The notes under the pieces: model-generated
Told to the model about the DNA's origin: nothing
Database searches by the model: none
What the model saw: only the letters and a program-made list of their open reading frames with translations
Translations under genes and position numbers: made by a program
In this document: positions 8,677 to 16,475 of the stretch, piece by piece
How positions within the stretch are numbered: position 1 is the stretch's first letter
How the letters are laid out: every line of letters starts with the position of its first letter
NCBI GenBank assembly: GCA_019057635.1
Contig: DXJL01000147.1
Span: 1-16,475 of the forward strand
Length of the DNA: 16,475 nucleotides
From: Candidatus Heimdallarchaeota archaeon
GTDB taxonomy: Archaea; Asgardarchaeota; Heimdallarchaeia; Hodarchaeales; Hodarchaeaceae
Reading direction: 5' to 3'

Positions 8677-10587
8677 TTAAAGCAGAATAAAAAGTATTGC
8701 GAGTATAGCTGGGATGATCAATGATACAATTGGCCCATATTTCACTAGATTAGCAAAAATATTTGTCTTTTTTGATTCAGAGAGTCTGTTTTTAGAATAA
8801 TTAATATCTGTATAGGTTCCTTCTTTGCAGTATTTGAGGAAGACTTTTCTTACTTTTTCAAGGTGTTTTATTTCTTCTTTAGTTGTCATAACTTCAAATA
8901 AAATTCCTCTGGCCCTTCTAATTACTAAAAATAAGGATACAAAAGTAGAAACTATTAGTAAGATGAGGGTGGCAGATGAAAAATCCATGCTAAACTTCTT
9001 CTTAATGGATTCCATAAAATAACCAGTAGAGGTAGGAGTTCCATTCGTAGACGTGAATGGATCGTGAAAATCCTCCTCAGAAATCCAATCAAGATTTTTG
9101 AATAGAATCATTAATCCTGAAAACACAAGAAAGGGATTAATGATAGCAGAAAGATCCATAAAAAACCTAATTAAAGACTCTACCCAAGGAGGTAGTACAA
9201 AAAAAGATTGTATAGTATTAATTAATTCCTGAACAAAATAACCAACTTCTGGTGGAATTAGAGCTAACAAGTTGGGTAAAACAATTTCAAAAAACCACGG
9301 AAAAACAATTGGAGCCGTAAAGGCGATAGATAAACTGACTGTTTGGAAAAAAGTCCTTAACAAGAAAAATAACACTCTTTTTGAAAAATGCTTTTCTTTC
9401 ACATTGAGATTATTGCTTTCATTATTACTTTTAAGATCATCTTTTGATTGTTCTTCTACAATTTCTTTCTCCTTGATATGATTCCAGTCAAGTCCTCTTT
9501 TATAATTTGAAATGGGGTTAAGATAAGCGAGTTTAGCTAAAAAAAGTTTTTTTCCTGTATATGGTTCTGTGAATCCCTTTTTTTTTCCCAATTTTCTCTT
9601 CCAAATTTCTGTATAAGATAACCACGGGGTAGGTACTCTAACAGTAAGATGATTAGGCTTAGTAATAAAGGTTTCAGGTAAATATCCCATGATTTCACCA
9701 TCAACCTGATATAGACATTTCTTTTTTGGAGAATCCACATGAATGGACCCCCCCTCAAACGTTTCAACACTGCTATGGGTTAGATGATTACCCTCATAAA
9801 TGGTAGAAAAAAATCTCACGAGGGTGAGTCTACGCATTTTTCGCACGGTAGTGGCAGAGAATTTACCATCGGTTACTTCTGCATCAGGACAGATATGCAT
9901 TCCACCTCCATATCGTTTTCCATTACCTATGGCCAACAACATTCTTCGTCCCTCTATCGTCTGTTCTCCATCTATGCGAATTAATAGATCGTAAGGCTTG
10001 AATTTGGCCAGAGTTTTTCCAAGAGCTAACTGATAACTTCTTGACCTTAAAAATTTTAGTGATCCTTTATTTTCCCGATTTGCTACTTCTGCATCAAATC
10101 CCATGGAAGCTACTCCACAAAAGTAGCGCTCTGCTGTTTCACAGTACCCTACATCGAAAGTTTTATTTTGACCTTCAACTAGGCATTGTATGGCAGCTTC
10201 TAAATCTCCTTCTGGTATCCCGTAGGCAGTAGCCGCGTCTCCAGTCCCAACAGGAATTACAGAAAAAATTCCTGTCTTATCTGCTTTTAAAATACCATTT
10301 AGTACCTCATTTGCTGTTCCATCCCCTCCTACGGAGCAAATTATCTTGTAGCCCTCATTAACTCGGGTTCTTGCGATTTCAATTGCATGTTGAGGGGCAG
10401 AAGTAAATTCAAAATCATATTCCAAATTGTACTTGTCTATTAATGGCTTAATTTGATCCTCCCAAATCGTTTTCACGCGTCCTCCCGCAGCAACAGGATT
10501 AATTACTAGAAAAACCTCTTTCTTTTTTGATTTAACCCTGTCAATTTCTTGTGTTACTAGGTCAGAGGGAGTTGTATCAGGAGTCAT
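8677..10587 (-). CDS. YegS/DagK-family diacylglycerol/lipid kinase with a fused C-terminal multi-TM domain
   Basis: INPVAAGG, SVGGDGTANEVLNG, IPVGTG, MGFDA, GNGKRYGGG and QVDGE motifs in the first ~320 aa, then ~300 aa with about 4 TM segments. Confidence 0.88.
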   Translation of the reverse strand: MTPDTTPSDLVTQEIDRVKSKKKEVFLVINPVAAGGRVKTIWEDQIKPLIDKYNLEYDFEFTSAPQHAIEIARTRVNEGYKIICSVGGDGTANEVLNGILKADKTGIFSVIPVGTGDAATAYGIPEGDLEAAIQCLVEGQNKTFDVGYCETAERYFCGVASMGFDAEVANRENKGSLKFLRSRSYQLALGKTLAKFKPYDLLIRIDGEQTIEGRRMLLAIGNGKRYGGGMHICPDAEVTDGKFSATTVRKMRRLTLVRFFSTIYEGNHLTHSSVETFEGGSIHVDSPKKKCLYQVDGEIMGYLPETFITKPNHLTVRVPTPWLSYTEIWKRKLGKKKGFTEPYTGKKLFLAKLAYLNPISNYKRGLDWNHIKEKEIVEEQSKDDLKSNNESNNLNVKEKHFSKRVLFFLLRTFFQTVSLSIAFTAPIVFPWFFEIVLPNLLALIPPEVGYFVQELINTIQSFFVLPPWVESLIRFFMDLSAIINPFLVFSGLMILFKNLDWISEEDFHDPFTSTNGTPTSTGYFMESIKKKFSMDFSSATLILLIVSTFVSLFLVIRRARGILFEVMTTKEEIKHLEKVRKVFLKYCKEGTYTDINYSKNRLSESKKTNIFANLVKYGPIVSLIIPAILAILFILL

Positions 10588-10819
10588 GTTCCATCAATTC
10601 TGAAAAGTAAAAGAGTGTTTATTTAAAAATTCTATCTTTCTTCCACGGGTATAACTACACAGTAATAATTACTTTTTAATAATAAAATTTATTGAATTAA
10701 TTGCCCTTCCTAGATTTATTATTAGCTTAAAGCTCAATCCCATCGGAATATTAATTAACATCTTTTTACTTACTTTAGGCAATTTCAAATATAAAAAAAT
10801 CAGTAATAAAGTGTTCAAA

Positions 10820-11437
10820 ATGTCAAGTGAAGAAAAATCTTCGGAAAGAAGTAGCAAAGTATTTTGGAGAGATCTGGCAGTTAGATATTGGGTTTATGTA
10901 GTGATATTTGGAGTGATCGGAATTGGGGCTATTATCGGATTCATTCTAACATTGGATTGGTACATCAACACTTCACCAGTTGGTGGTAAAGGGACATGGA
11001 CATTCAATCAATTTTCAATGGGAACCGTATTAGAATTCGCTATCTTCCTCTTTCTATACATGCTGGTAATTGTTGGAGTGCCCACATTAGCCGCAGCGGG
11101 AATCGTGACAGGTTTACTTTGGTTTGTAATCTTTGATACAGAACTAAAAGAAGAGATTAAATTACGAAACAAGAAAGATGAAGAACGCAGGAAAAAGTTC
11201 GGAAAAACAAGCGAAGGTGGCGGAATTTTCGGTTTTGTAATGTTTATAGGTATGTGTATATATGTCACCCTTGACGGTAATTGGATGACTGAATTTGGTA
11301 GCCTGAACTTTAGGTATTTTGTCGACGCATGGATCGCTGTCTTCCTATGGGTCTTGGTCATTTTCTGCATCGGAGGAGGATTAGGAATTATCTGGTTTGT
11401 TAAAAAATATCAACCTAGTGCTAACCAGGCATCCTAA
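10820..11437 (+). CDS. Hypothetical 4-TM membrane protein
   Basis: Two TM hairpins around a charged linker (ELKEEIKLRNKKDEERRKKF). ATG 10820 preferred over GTG 10811; divergent from the kinase gene. Confidence 0.8.
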   Translation: MSSEEKSSERSSKVFWRDLAVRYWVYVVIFGVIGIGAIIGFILTLDWYINTSPVGGKGTWTFNQFSMGTVLEFAIFLFLYMLVIVGVPTLAAAGIVTGLLWFVIFDTELKEEIKLRNKKDEERRKKFGKTSEGGGIFGFVMFIGMCIYVTLDGNWMTEFGSLNFRYFVDAWIAVFLWVLVIFCIGGGLGIIWFVKKYQPSANQAS

Positions 11438-11440
11438 AAT

Positions 11441-11459
11441 CCTTTTTCTCTTTTTTTTA
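11441..11459 (+). terminator. Oligo-T archaeal-type terminator
   Basis: CCTTTTTCTCTTTTTTTTA directly after the stop at 11437. Confidence 0.5.
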
Positions 11460-11668
11460 TCATGTCAAATAAGCAGTATCACCACCATTGAGGTGAAAGC
11501 TTACTCTCCAGTGGAAGTCACTTCCAGGTAGAGTTCCCGATATGTCAAGCGAGAGTTTGCTAATAGTTTTTGCTGAATTAGTAAGTCAATTTTATCCATA
11601 ATCCTTACGTAAATCTCCTACTTTTAAAAAATTTATGTATAATTCAGACCTTGCTTGTTGATTAACGA

Positions 11669-11977
11669 TCACGTCGATTGCCATCTTTTTAGGGTCGGTA
11701 GGAGAGATCTTAGATAACTTCTTGCTTCATCTATGGTAATATTAAGATTTGCTACCGTAGTGGGTCTATTTTTCTCTATCATTTCCACGCTCATTTTTTC
11801 GATCATTTCTTTCATTGTAAGTTCATCAGTAAATTTACCTTCTTGATAACACACTTCGCAATAATCATCACTTATCGATCCATCTGCTTCTGATCCTTTA
11901 TCAGTCGCATCCAGAGAACAAGCGCAACTCTGGCAAAGAGGTTCCTCCGAAATGATTTTTTTATCTAATCCATCCAT
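11669..11977 (-). CDS. Putative zinc-ribbon domain protein (Zn_ribbon_2 family)
   Basis: CQSC...GSEADGSISDDYCEVCYQEGKF...LPTLKRW matches the family signature. Confidence 0.85.
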   Translation of the reverse strand: MDGLDKKIISEEPLCQSCACSLDATDKGSEADGSISDDYCEVCYQEGKFTDELTMKEMIEKMSVEMIEKNRPTTVANLNITIDEARSYLRSLLPTLKRWQST

Positions 11978-12097
11978 TTAGCTGTACAACTCGTTGAATA
12001 TCAAAAAACCTGTAAATCTGTCCTGGTTAAGTATTTCCTAATTTCCCAAAGAAATTCTTATTATTAGATCGTTTTTTTCTTATCTATTTTTGCCTTC

Positions 12098-12778
12098 TTA
12101 TACAGATTTGGAAGCAATTGTAGACGAATTAAATCCTTTATGTATAAGCCATACTGCTAGAACTACTTCATTCACGATTATTGGGATAGCCAAAATGGCT
12201 GTCGATAGCGGATCAAAGACGAACATACTTAAAGGGACTCGTGTTAGCAACAATGTGGCTCCAATAAGACCCCAGACTGATAACCATCGAGGAAGGAGTT
12301 TTGATTGGTACAACAAATAATAAAACGTCAGAGCACCCAGGCAATAGGGAATGTTTTCCAGAACACTGACCCAATCAGATAATGCTATTAATAAAGTGCC
12401 TGAAGTTTGAAAATAGGAAGCGACTGGAGCTTCTGCGGTTACATATTCCCGACTCAATGTCAAAAGTAATAGCGGACTGATTGCCATAATAGCATCGCTA
12501 AAGCCCTCAAAAATCCTGGCACCAACGTACCCAAGAGCTAAACTTTCATTATGCTTTTTAAAGATTGGAAACATCATGATTGGAATGCTAACAACTGAAG
12601 CGGTTAAAACTAACATCAGAAGCACTCCTATCAGCACATTGTTTTCATTTGTAGAAAAAGCAACAAGATAATCAGGTGCAATTGGAGAGCCTAAAAATAC
12701 ACCACTTAGCAGAGACGAACCCAATGCAGTTAGAAATAATACTCCCACAATTCGAGCTGTTCTTTTCTCTGAATTCGT
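12098..12778 (-). CDS. DUF4386 family membrane protein; apparent ACG start
   Basis: (M)NSEKRTARIVGVLFL...MFPIFKKHNESLALGYVGARIFE...YQSKLLPRWLSVWGLIG...NEVVLAVWLIHKGFN. Frame extends 10 codons above GTG 12748 to ACG 12776-12778, with GGAGG 8 nt upstream. Confidence 0.85.
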   Translation of the reverse strand, partial: TNSEKRTARIVGVLFLTALGSSLLSGVFLGSPIAPDYLVAFSTNENNVLIGVLLMLVLTASVVSIPIMMFPIFKKHNESLALGYVGARIFEGFSDAIMAISPLLLLTLSREYVTAEAPVASYFQTSGTLLIALSDWVSVLENIPYCLGALTFYYLLYQSKLLPRWLSVWGLIGATLLLTRVPLSMFVFDPLSTAILAIPIIVNEVVLAVWLIHKGFNSSTIASKSV

Positions 12779-12781
12779 TGA

Positions 12782-13738
12782 TTATTCCTCCTGTGTCACG
12801 GTGATAACTACATGGCCCTTCTTACGACCTGTTTCAACATACCTGTGAGCTTCAACAATTTGTTCTAAGGGAAAATGTTTGTCAATGACTGCTTTTATTG
12901 ATCCAGCCTCAATAAGTTCCTTCATCTCCTTGACTAAAGGTGGAATATGATCAGTACTCGACCCACCAGAATTCTTATCAGAGTTAAGATAGATTCCTGT
13001 CTTCTTTAAAGCCCTTTTAGCTTGAGACTTTTCAAGCCTGTCTACTGCATCAAAGATAACATCATAAGTCTCACTACCTTCCCAAAAATTCTCTTTCTTG
13101 TAATCGATGACCTTATCGGCTCCTAGAGATTTTACCATTTCTAAATTAGTCGTACTGCAAACTCCAGTGACTTCTGCACCAAAGGATTTGCAAAGTTGGA
13201 CTGCATAAGTACCAATACTCCCAGAAGCGCCATTTATAAGAATTTTTTGTCCTGGTTTGATATTTGCTTGTTTAAGAATATATAATGCGGTAACGCCCCC
13301 AGTAGTAGCTCCAGCGGCAGCCTCTTCAAAGGTCATATTTGAAGGTTTGATTGCGATCGCCCCATCTTCAGGCATGCACACATACTCGGCATAGGATGAG
13401 GCAGTCCAAAAACTACCTGCCATAACTGGGTCTCCTTTCTTATATAGTGTTACATCTTTGCCTACAGCTTCAACTACTCCCGAGAGCTCCATCCCGAGTG
13501 CAACTTTTTTTGGTTTTCTAATACCTATTATCAGTCGTGCTAAGAGCCATTGTGCGCGAGGAACATCGAATTTTCGCATACGCACATCCCCTACATGGAC
13601 TGTTGTGAAATAATTTTTGATGAGTACTTCATTGTCCTTAGGAACTGGTTTGTCTACCTCTTTGAGCTGGAGAACTTCTGGGCCTCCGTATTTTGTACAA
13701 ATAACTGCTCGCATTTTCTTATTTTCCATTTTTTTCAC
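12782..13738 (-). CDS. NAD(P)-dependent MDR-family oxidoreductase (zinc-independent, quinone-reductase-like)
   Basis: [15 protein letters not shown]...[12 protein letters not shown]...[15 protein letters not shown]...LGADKVIDY...[15 protein letters not shown]; no catalytic Zn Cys/His set. Start may be one of the downstream ATGs. Confidence 0.92.
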   Translation of the reverse strand: MKKMENKKMRAVICTKYGGPEVLQLKEVDKPVPKDNEVLIKNYFTTVHVGDVRMRKFDVPRAQWLLARLIIGIRKPKKVALGMELSGVVEAVGKDVTLYKKGDPVMAGSFWTASSYAEYVCMPEDGAIAIKPSNMTFEEAAAGATTGGVTALYILKQANIKPGQKILINGASGSIGTYAVQLCKSFGAEVTGVCSTTNLEMVKSLGADKVIDYKKENFWEGSETYDVIFDAVDRLEKSQAKRALKKTGIYLNSDKNSGGSSTDHIPPLVKEMKELIEAGSIKAVIDKHFPLEQIVEAHRYVETGRKKGHVVITVTQEE

Positions 13739-13874
13739 GTTATTAATCTGTTAAGCTAGTACTTTTTCTCAAAATTATTTGTTCATTCAAAAAGGTTTGT
13801 AATTTTAATAATTTGAAATTGATTAATTTTTAATCAATTTTTAGAAATGCAAAACAAACAAATATCGTTTCTTT

Positions 13875-14090
13875 TTAACACAATAAGAGATGATTTTGAA
13901 GACGTTCAAATTGTTCAATTCTTGTATAGGCTACTGAGTCGAATGGGAGACGAGATGGAACTGAGGAAATCAACGTTTTTGAAAACTCTTCAAGAACCTC
14001 AGGTGTAATGGCATAAGTCAGATTTAGCTGGCGGAGTTGTTCCAATAATTCAAGAATGAAGCGATATATCTTTCTATAGAATATGTTCAG
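13875..14090 (-). pseudogene. Start-less ORF fragment, possibly PIN-domain-like
   Basis: 72-codon open frame LNIFYRKIYRFILELLEQLRQLNLTYAITPEVLEEFSKTL...; ITPEVLEE resembles the PIN ITxxVxxE segment; no ATG. Confidence 0.35.
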
Positions 14091-14091
14091 T

Positions 14092-14122
14092 TATCGTTGG
14101 TTAATGCACATCTGTTATATAA
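14092..14122. repeat. 31-bp direct repeat (attC-like motif), copy at the 3' end of the RidA gene
   Basis: TATCGTTGGTTAATGCACATCTGTTATATAA; 29/31 identical to 14644-14674. Confidence 0.85.
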
Positions 14123-14126
14123 CATA

Positions 14127-14534
14127 TTAATTCGAAATAAACGCTACAACGTCAATTTGAATAAGACATTCTTCCAAGAAAAAACTGGTCCAGATTGTGG
14201 TTCTCACAGGAAAAGGAGCTTTGAAAAACCTTTCATAGACTTTGTCCATTTTTTGAAATTCTGCTTGTTTCTCTTCAAAATTTCCTATATGCTTTAAATA
14301 AACTGTCGTTTTAATGATATCATTAAGAGACGCACCAGCAGCTTTTAATGTGTCTTCCAAATTTTCAAAACATTCTTCTGTTTGTGCTTCGATAGTTTCT
14401 AACAATTCACTCTCTTTATGGTATATCCCGGTATGATAACTAGTATAGATGAAATTACCAGCTTTTGCATACGTTGAATGATTATAACCTAATTGCCAAG
14501 TGTCTTCTTTTATTACGTTCTTCTTTTCTACCAT
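14127..14534 (-). CDS. RidA/YjgF/UK114 family protein
   Basis: AKAGNFIYTS...IEAQTEECFENLEDTLKAAGASLNDIIKTTVYL...MDKVYERFF..PFPVRT...IQIDVVA. Confidence 0.88.
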   Translation of the reverse strand: MVEKKNVIKEDTWQLGYNHSTYAKAGNFIYTSYHTGIYHKESELLETIEAQTEECFENLEDTLKAAGASLNDIIKTTVYLKHIGNFEEKQAEFQKMDKVYERFFKAPFPVRTTIWTSFFLEECLIQIDVVAFISN

Positions 14535-14643
14535 TAATAATCATCTACATGGATTTATGATTTATTTATTTAAAAAAGGACTGAGGAAGAAAATTGAATA
14601 AAATAGATAAACTATTTCTATAACAACGTTTTTTCGGAATATA

Positions 14644-14674
14644 TATCGTTGGTTATTGCACATCTATTATATAA
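14644..14674. repeat. 31-bp direct repeat (attC-like motif), copy upstream of the RidA gene
   Basis: TATCGTTGGTTATTGCACATCTATTATATAA; part of a 59-bp imperfect palindrome at 14616-14674. Confidence 0.85.
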
Positions 14675-14994
14675 GAGTAGGACGACTGAATTTTTCTGCA
14701 TCTTGATAACCTACTATTAAAAATTATCAGACAGTAAGCCTTTTTTATCTTAAACAACATGAATAATTCGTTTAATTCAACTATTTAAGCCTTTCCGGTT
14801 CTTTTTCACGGCCTGAGAGTTAGTACAATTGACGATTGAACAAGGATTTTAGTACGAACCTTTAGTACAACATTTTGAAATTAAAGAATAATAACCCCTC
14901 TTCAGAAAAAACCTGGTTTAATTTGTTGTTTCTGTCTTTAGGAAATTAATTATTATTGACTGGGAAATATATTTACACAGAATTAGCATTGTGA

Positions 14995-15204
14995 TTAATG
15001 CGGATAACAACAAAGAACAGTATCTAAATATTCAATCCCACGAAAATACTGACAAATTGAAACATTTTTAACGGCACATTTGTGTTCGTTAGTGCCTTCA
15101 GTTTCGTTCCAAGGGCATCTATCCTGTTTCCAAGAAAGGTCTTGCTTTGTAGACAAATCTATGTCCATATTTGCCCCATCAAGTTTCTTGATGATCTTTT
15201 CCAT
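14995..15204 (-). CDS. Small Cys-rich hypothetical protein (69 aa)
   Basis: ATG start; CPWN...HKCAVKNVSICQYF.G....D.VLCCYP has protein-like composition with 5 Cys and 2 His. Confidence 0.7.
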   Translation of the reverse strand: MEKIIKKLDGANMDIDLSTKQDLSWKQDRCPWNETEGTNEHKCAVKNVSICQYFRGIEYLDTVLCCYPH

Positions 15205-15444
15205 AACATTGTATAAAATTAACGACTATTTAACATTTTGTCGTTTATGATGCCTAAATACCTCTCCATCCAAATCCATATCTAATTTTTTGCTGAGTCA
15301 GAAAAAGTCTCTCCCAGTCACTTTAATGAACAGAATAATCCTTTTTTTATTTATCTACTGTTCTTATGTACACTTATTAGGATTGATCAAATGTTGGGTA
15401 TTATCTTAGCCATTTACCCTCCAACATTAAGCGAGTTGATTCAA

Positions 15445-16475
15445 TTACATATCCTCTTCATTATCCATTATTTCTTCAAGGAAACTATTCTCTAGGAGAG
15501 TATCTGACTCCTCCTCTTCAGTCTCTTCCTTGACTTCAACTGTTTCTTCTTCAACAGCGGAGTCTTCTACTGGTAATTCATCAGCTTGCAGTTGTAATCC
15601 AGCTGGAGTAATGGGCGTCACACTTGGCTTTCTCCAATGGGTAAGCCGCCAAAAAACCAATCCCATGCCAAAAAAGAAACCGCTAAAAAATGAAAGGGAT
15701 TCCATATCTGCAAAGATGAAAACTGCATTCGATAGTAACTCAGGAGCGCCTGGGATTGATAGTAAAGGAGCATTAAGAATTCCTAATTCGTAAATAAAAC
15801 CTAGAATGTTTGTTACAATCAAAACAAAAGCCGTAGAGATTAACAAGAAGAAATATTCACCACGTTCTTGCACACGTGGGGTTATTAATGTGACGGATAG
15901 GAATTTAAATGCTCCAGAAAATATAATTATAATGGGAATGAGTAAGAAAGGAATGTTTTTCAGTATATCCGAGATAGTGGCTAACCACTCTGAGATAGGA
16001 ATCAATACCATATCGTACACTATTTTTAAGAAATCAGGTACATCAAATTCGAGATCGATATCCAGAAAATCAATCACCATCTTAACAATTTCCACAAAAC
16101 TATCCCAAAGAAGAGACAGCCAAACTCCAAACATAACTAAATATTTGAAAAAGATTACTATTTTAGGAGGAGATCTAACTAGAATTCGTCCTGTACGAGC
16201 AACCTCTACACCTCGGAATAATGCAGTAATGATTGCAATGATAGCAAATCCTTCAGCGAAACCTACAACAAGGGTTGCAAGTGAAGTTATAATAATGAAG
16301 TCCAGTTCGATTAAGCTTGGAAAATCCACAATTCGATGTATGAATTCTTCAATAAATGTACTAACCATGTCACCTATGGTGAAAGTAGATACATACTGAG
16401 TTACTACATTCCCAATACTTAAAAGAAATACTGGTAATAACCAGAGGACACCGATTAGTGGGATTATTACTAGCA
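15445..16475 (-). CDS. Polytopic membrane protein with an acidic C-terminal tail; 5' part lies outside the window
   Basis: The frame of the 307-aa ORF stays open to the window end (LVIIPLIGVLWLLPVFLL...GDMVS), so 16368 is probably not the start; many TM helices and an E/D-rich tail. Confidence 0.8.
   Translation of the reverse strand, partial: LVIIPLIGVLWLLPVFLLSIGNVVTQYVSTFTIGDMVSTFIEEFIHRIVDFPSLIELDFIIITSLATLVVGFAEGFAIIAIITALFRGVEVARTGRILVRSPPKIVIFFKYLVMFGVWLSLLWDSFVEIVKMVIDFLDIDLEFDVPDFLKIVYDMVLIPISEWLATISDILKNIPFLLIPIIIIFSGAFKFLSVTLITPRVQERGEYFFLLISTAFVLIVTNILGFIYELGILNAPLLSIPGAPELLSNAVFIFADMESLSFFSGFFFGMGLVFWRLTHWRKPSVTPITPAGLQLQADELPVEDSAVEEETVEVKEETEEEESDTLLENSFLEEIMDNEEDM

Noticed and set aside
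1911-14674. The 31-bp motif as a CRISPR repeat
   Set aside because: Copies are 552 bp and about 12 kb apart with genes between them; no 30-45 bp spacers and no cas genes.
14820-14868. Three TTAGTAC heptamers
   Set aside because: Irregular spacing (29 and 13 bp) and too short for a CRISPR or iteron call in AT-rich DNA.
935-16399. Track ORFs 935..1141, 4398..4595, 5842..6123, 6780..6995, 8825..9022, 9272..9481, 9537..9770, 9784..9984, 9800..9994, 10041..10232, 10669..10857, 11008..11370, 12090..12320, 13550..13759, 14097..14297, 15530..15793, 15806..16399
   Set aside because: They overlap well-supported genes on the opposite strand or in another frame and show no motifs; treated as shadow ORFs.

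Overview
AT-rich, probably archaeal DNA. TATA-like boxes, GGAG/GAGGG RBSs, a tungsten AOR-family gene and a MEDS protein fit an Asgard (Heimdall/Hod-like) origin, but that assignment is inference. The left end holds a WOR5-like two-gene operon (4x[4Fe-4S] subunit plus aldehyde:ferredoxin oxidoreductase, cut by the window edge). The rest is a low-density accessory region: ICMT/PEMT methyltransferase, MEDS+DUF5752-like protein, membrane proteins, a DAGK-family kinase fused to a membrane domain, zinc-ribbon protein, DUF4386 protein (apparent ACG start), MDR oxidoreductase, RidA-like protein, a small Cys-rich protein and gene remnants. Main signals: (1) a 638-aa fusion of two complementarily degenerate SagB-type nitroreductase domains, predicted outside the cell, with a 4-His di-heme-like membrane module; (2) a dispersed 24-31 bp motif with integron attC-like TAAC/GTTA geometry, bracketing the RidA gene and recurring about 12 kb away; (3) a 77-bp direct repeat enclosing the flavocytochrome gene. 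No rRNA, tRNA, CRISPR array, integrase or intact transposase was seen.
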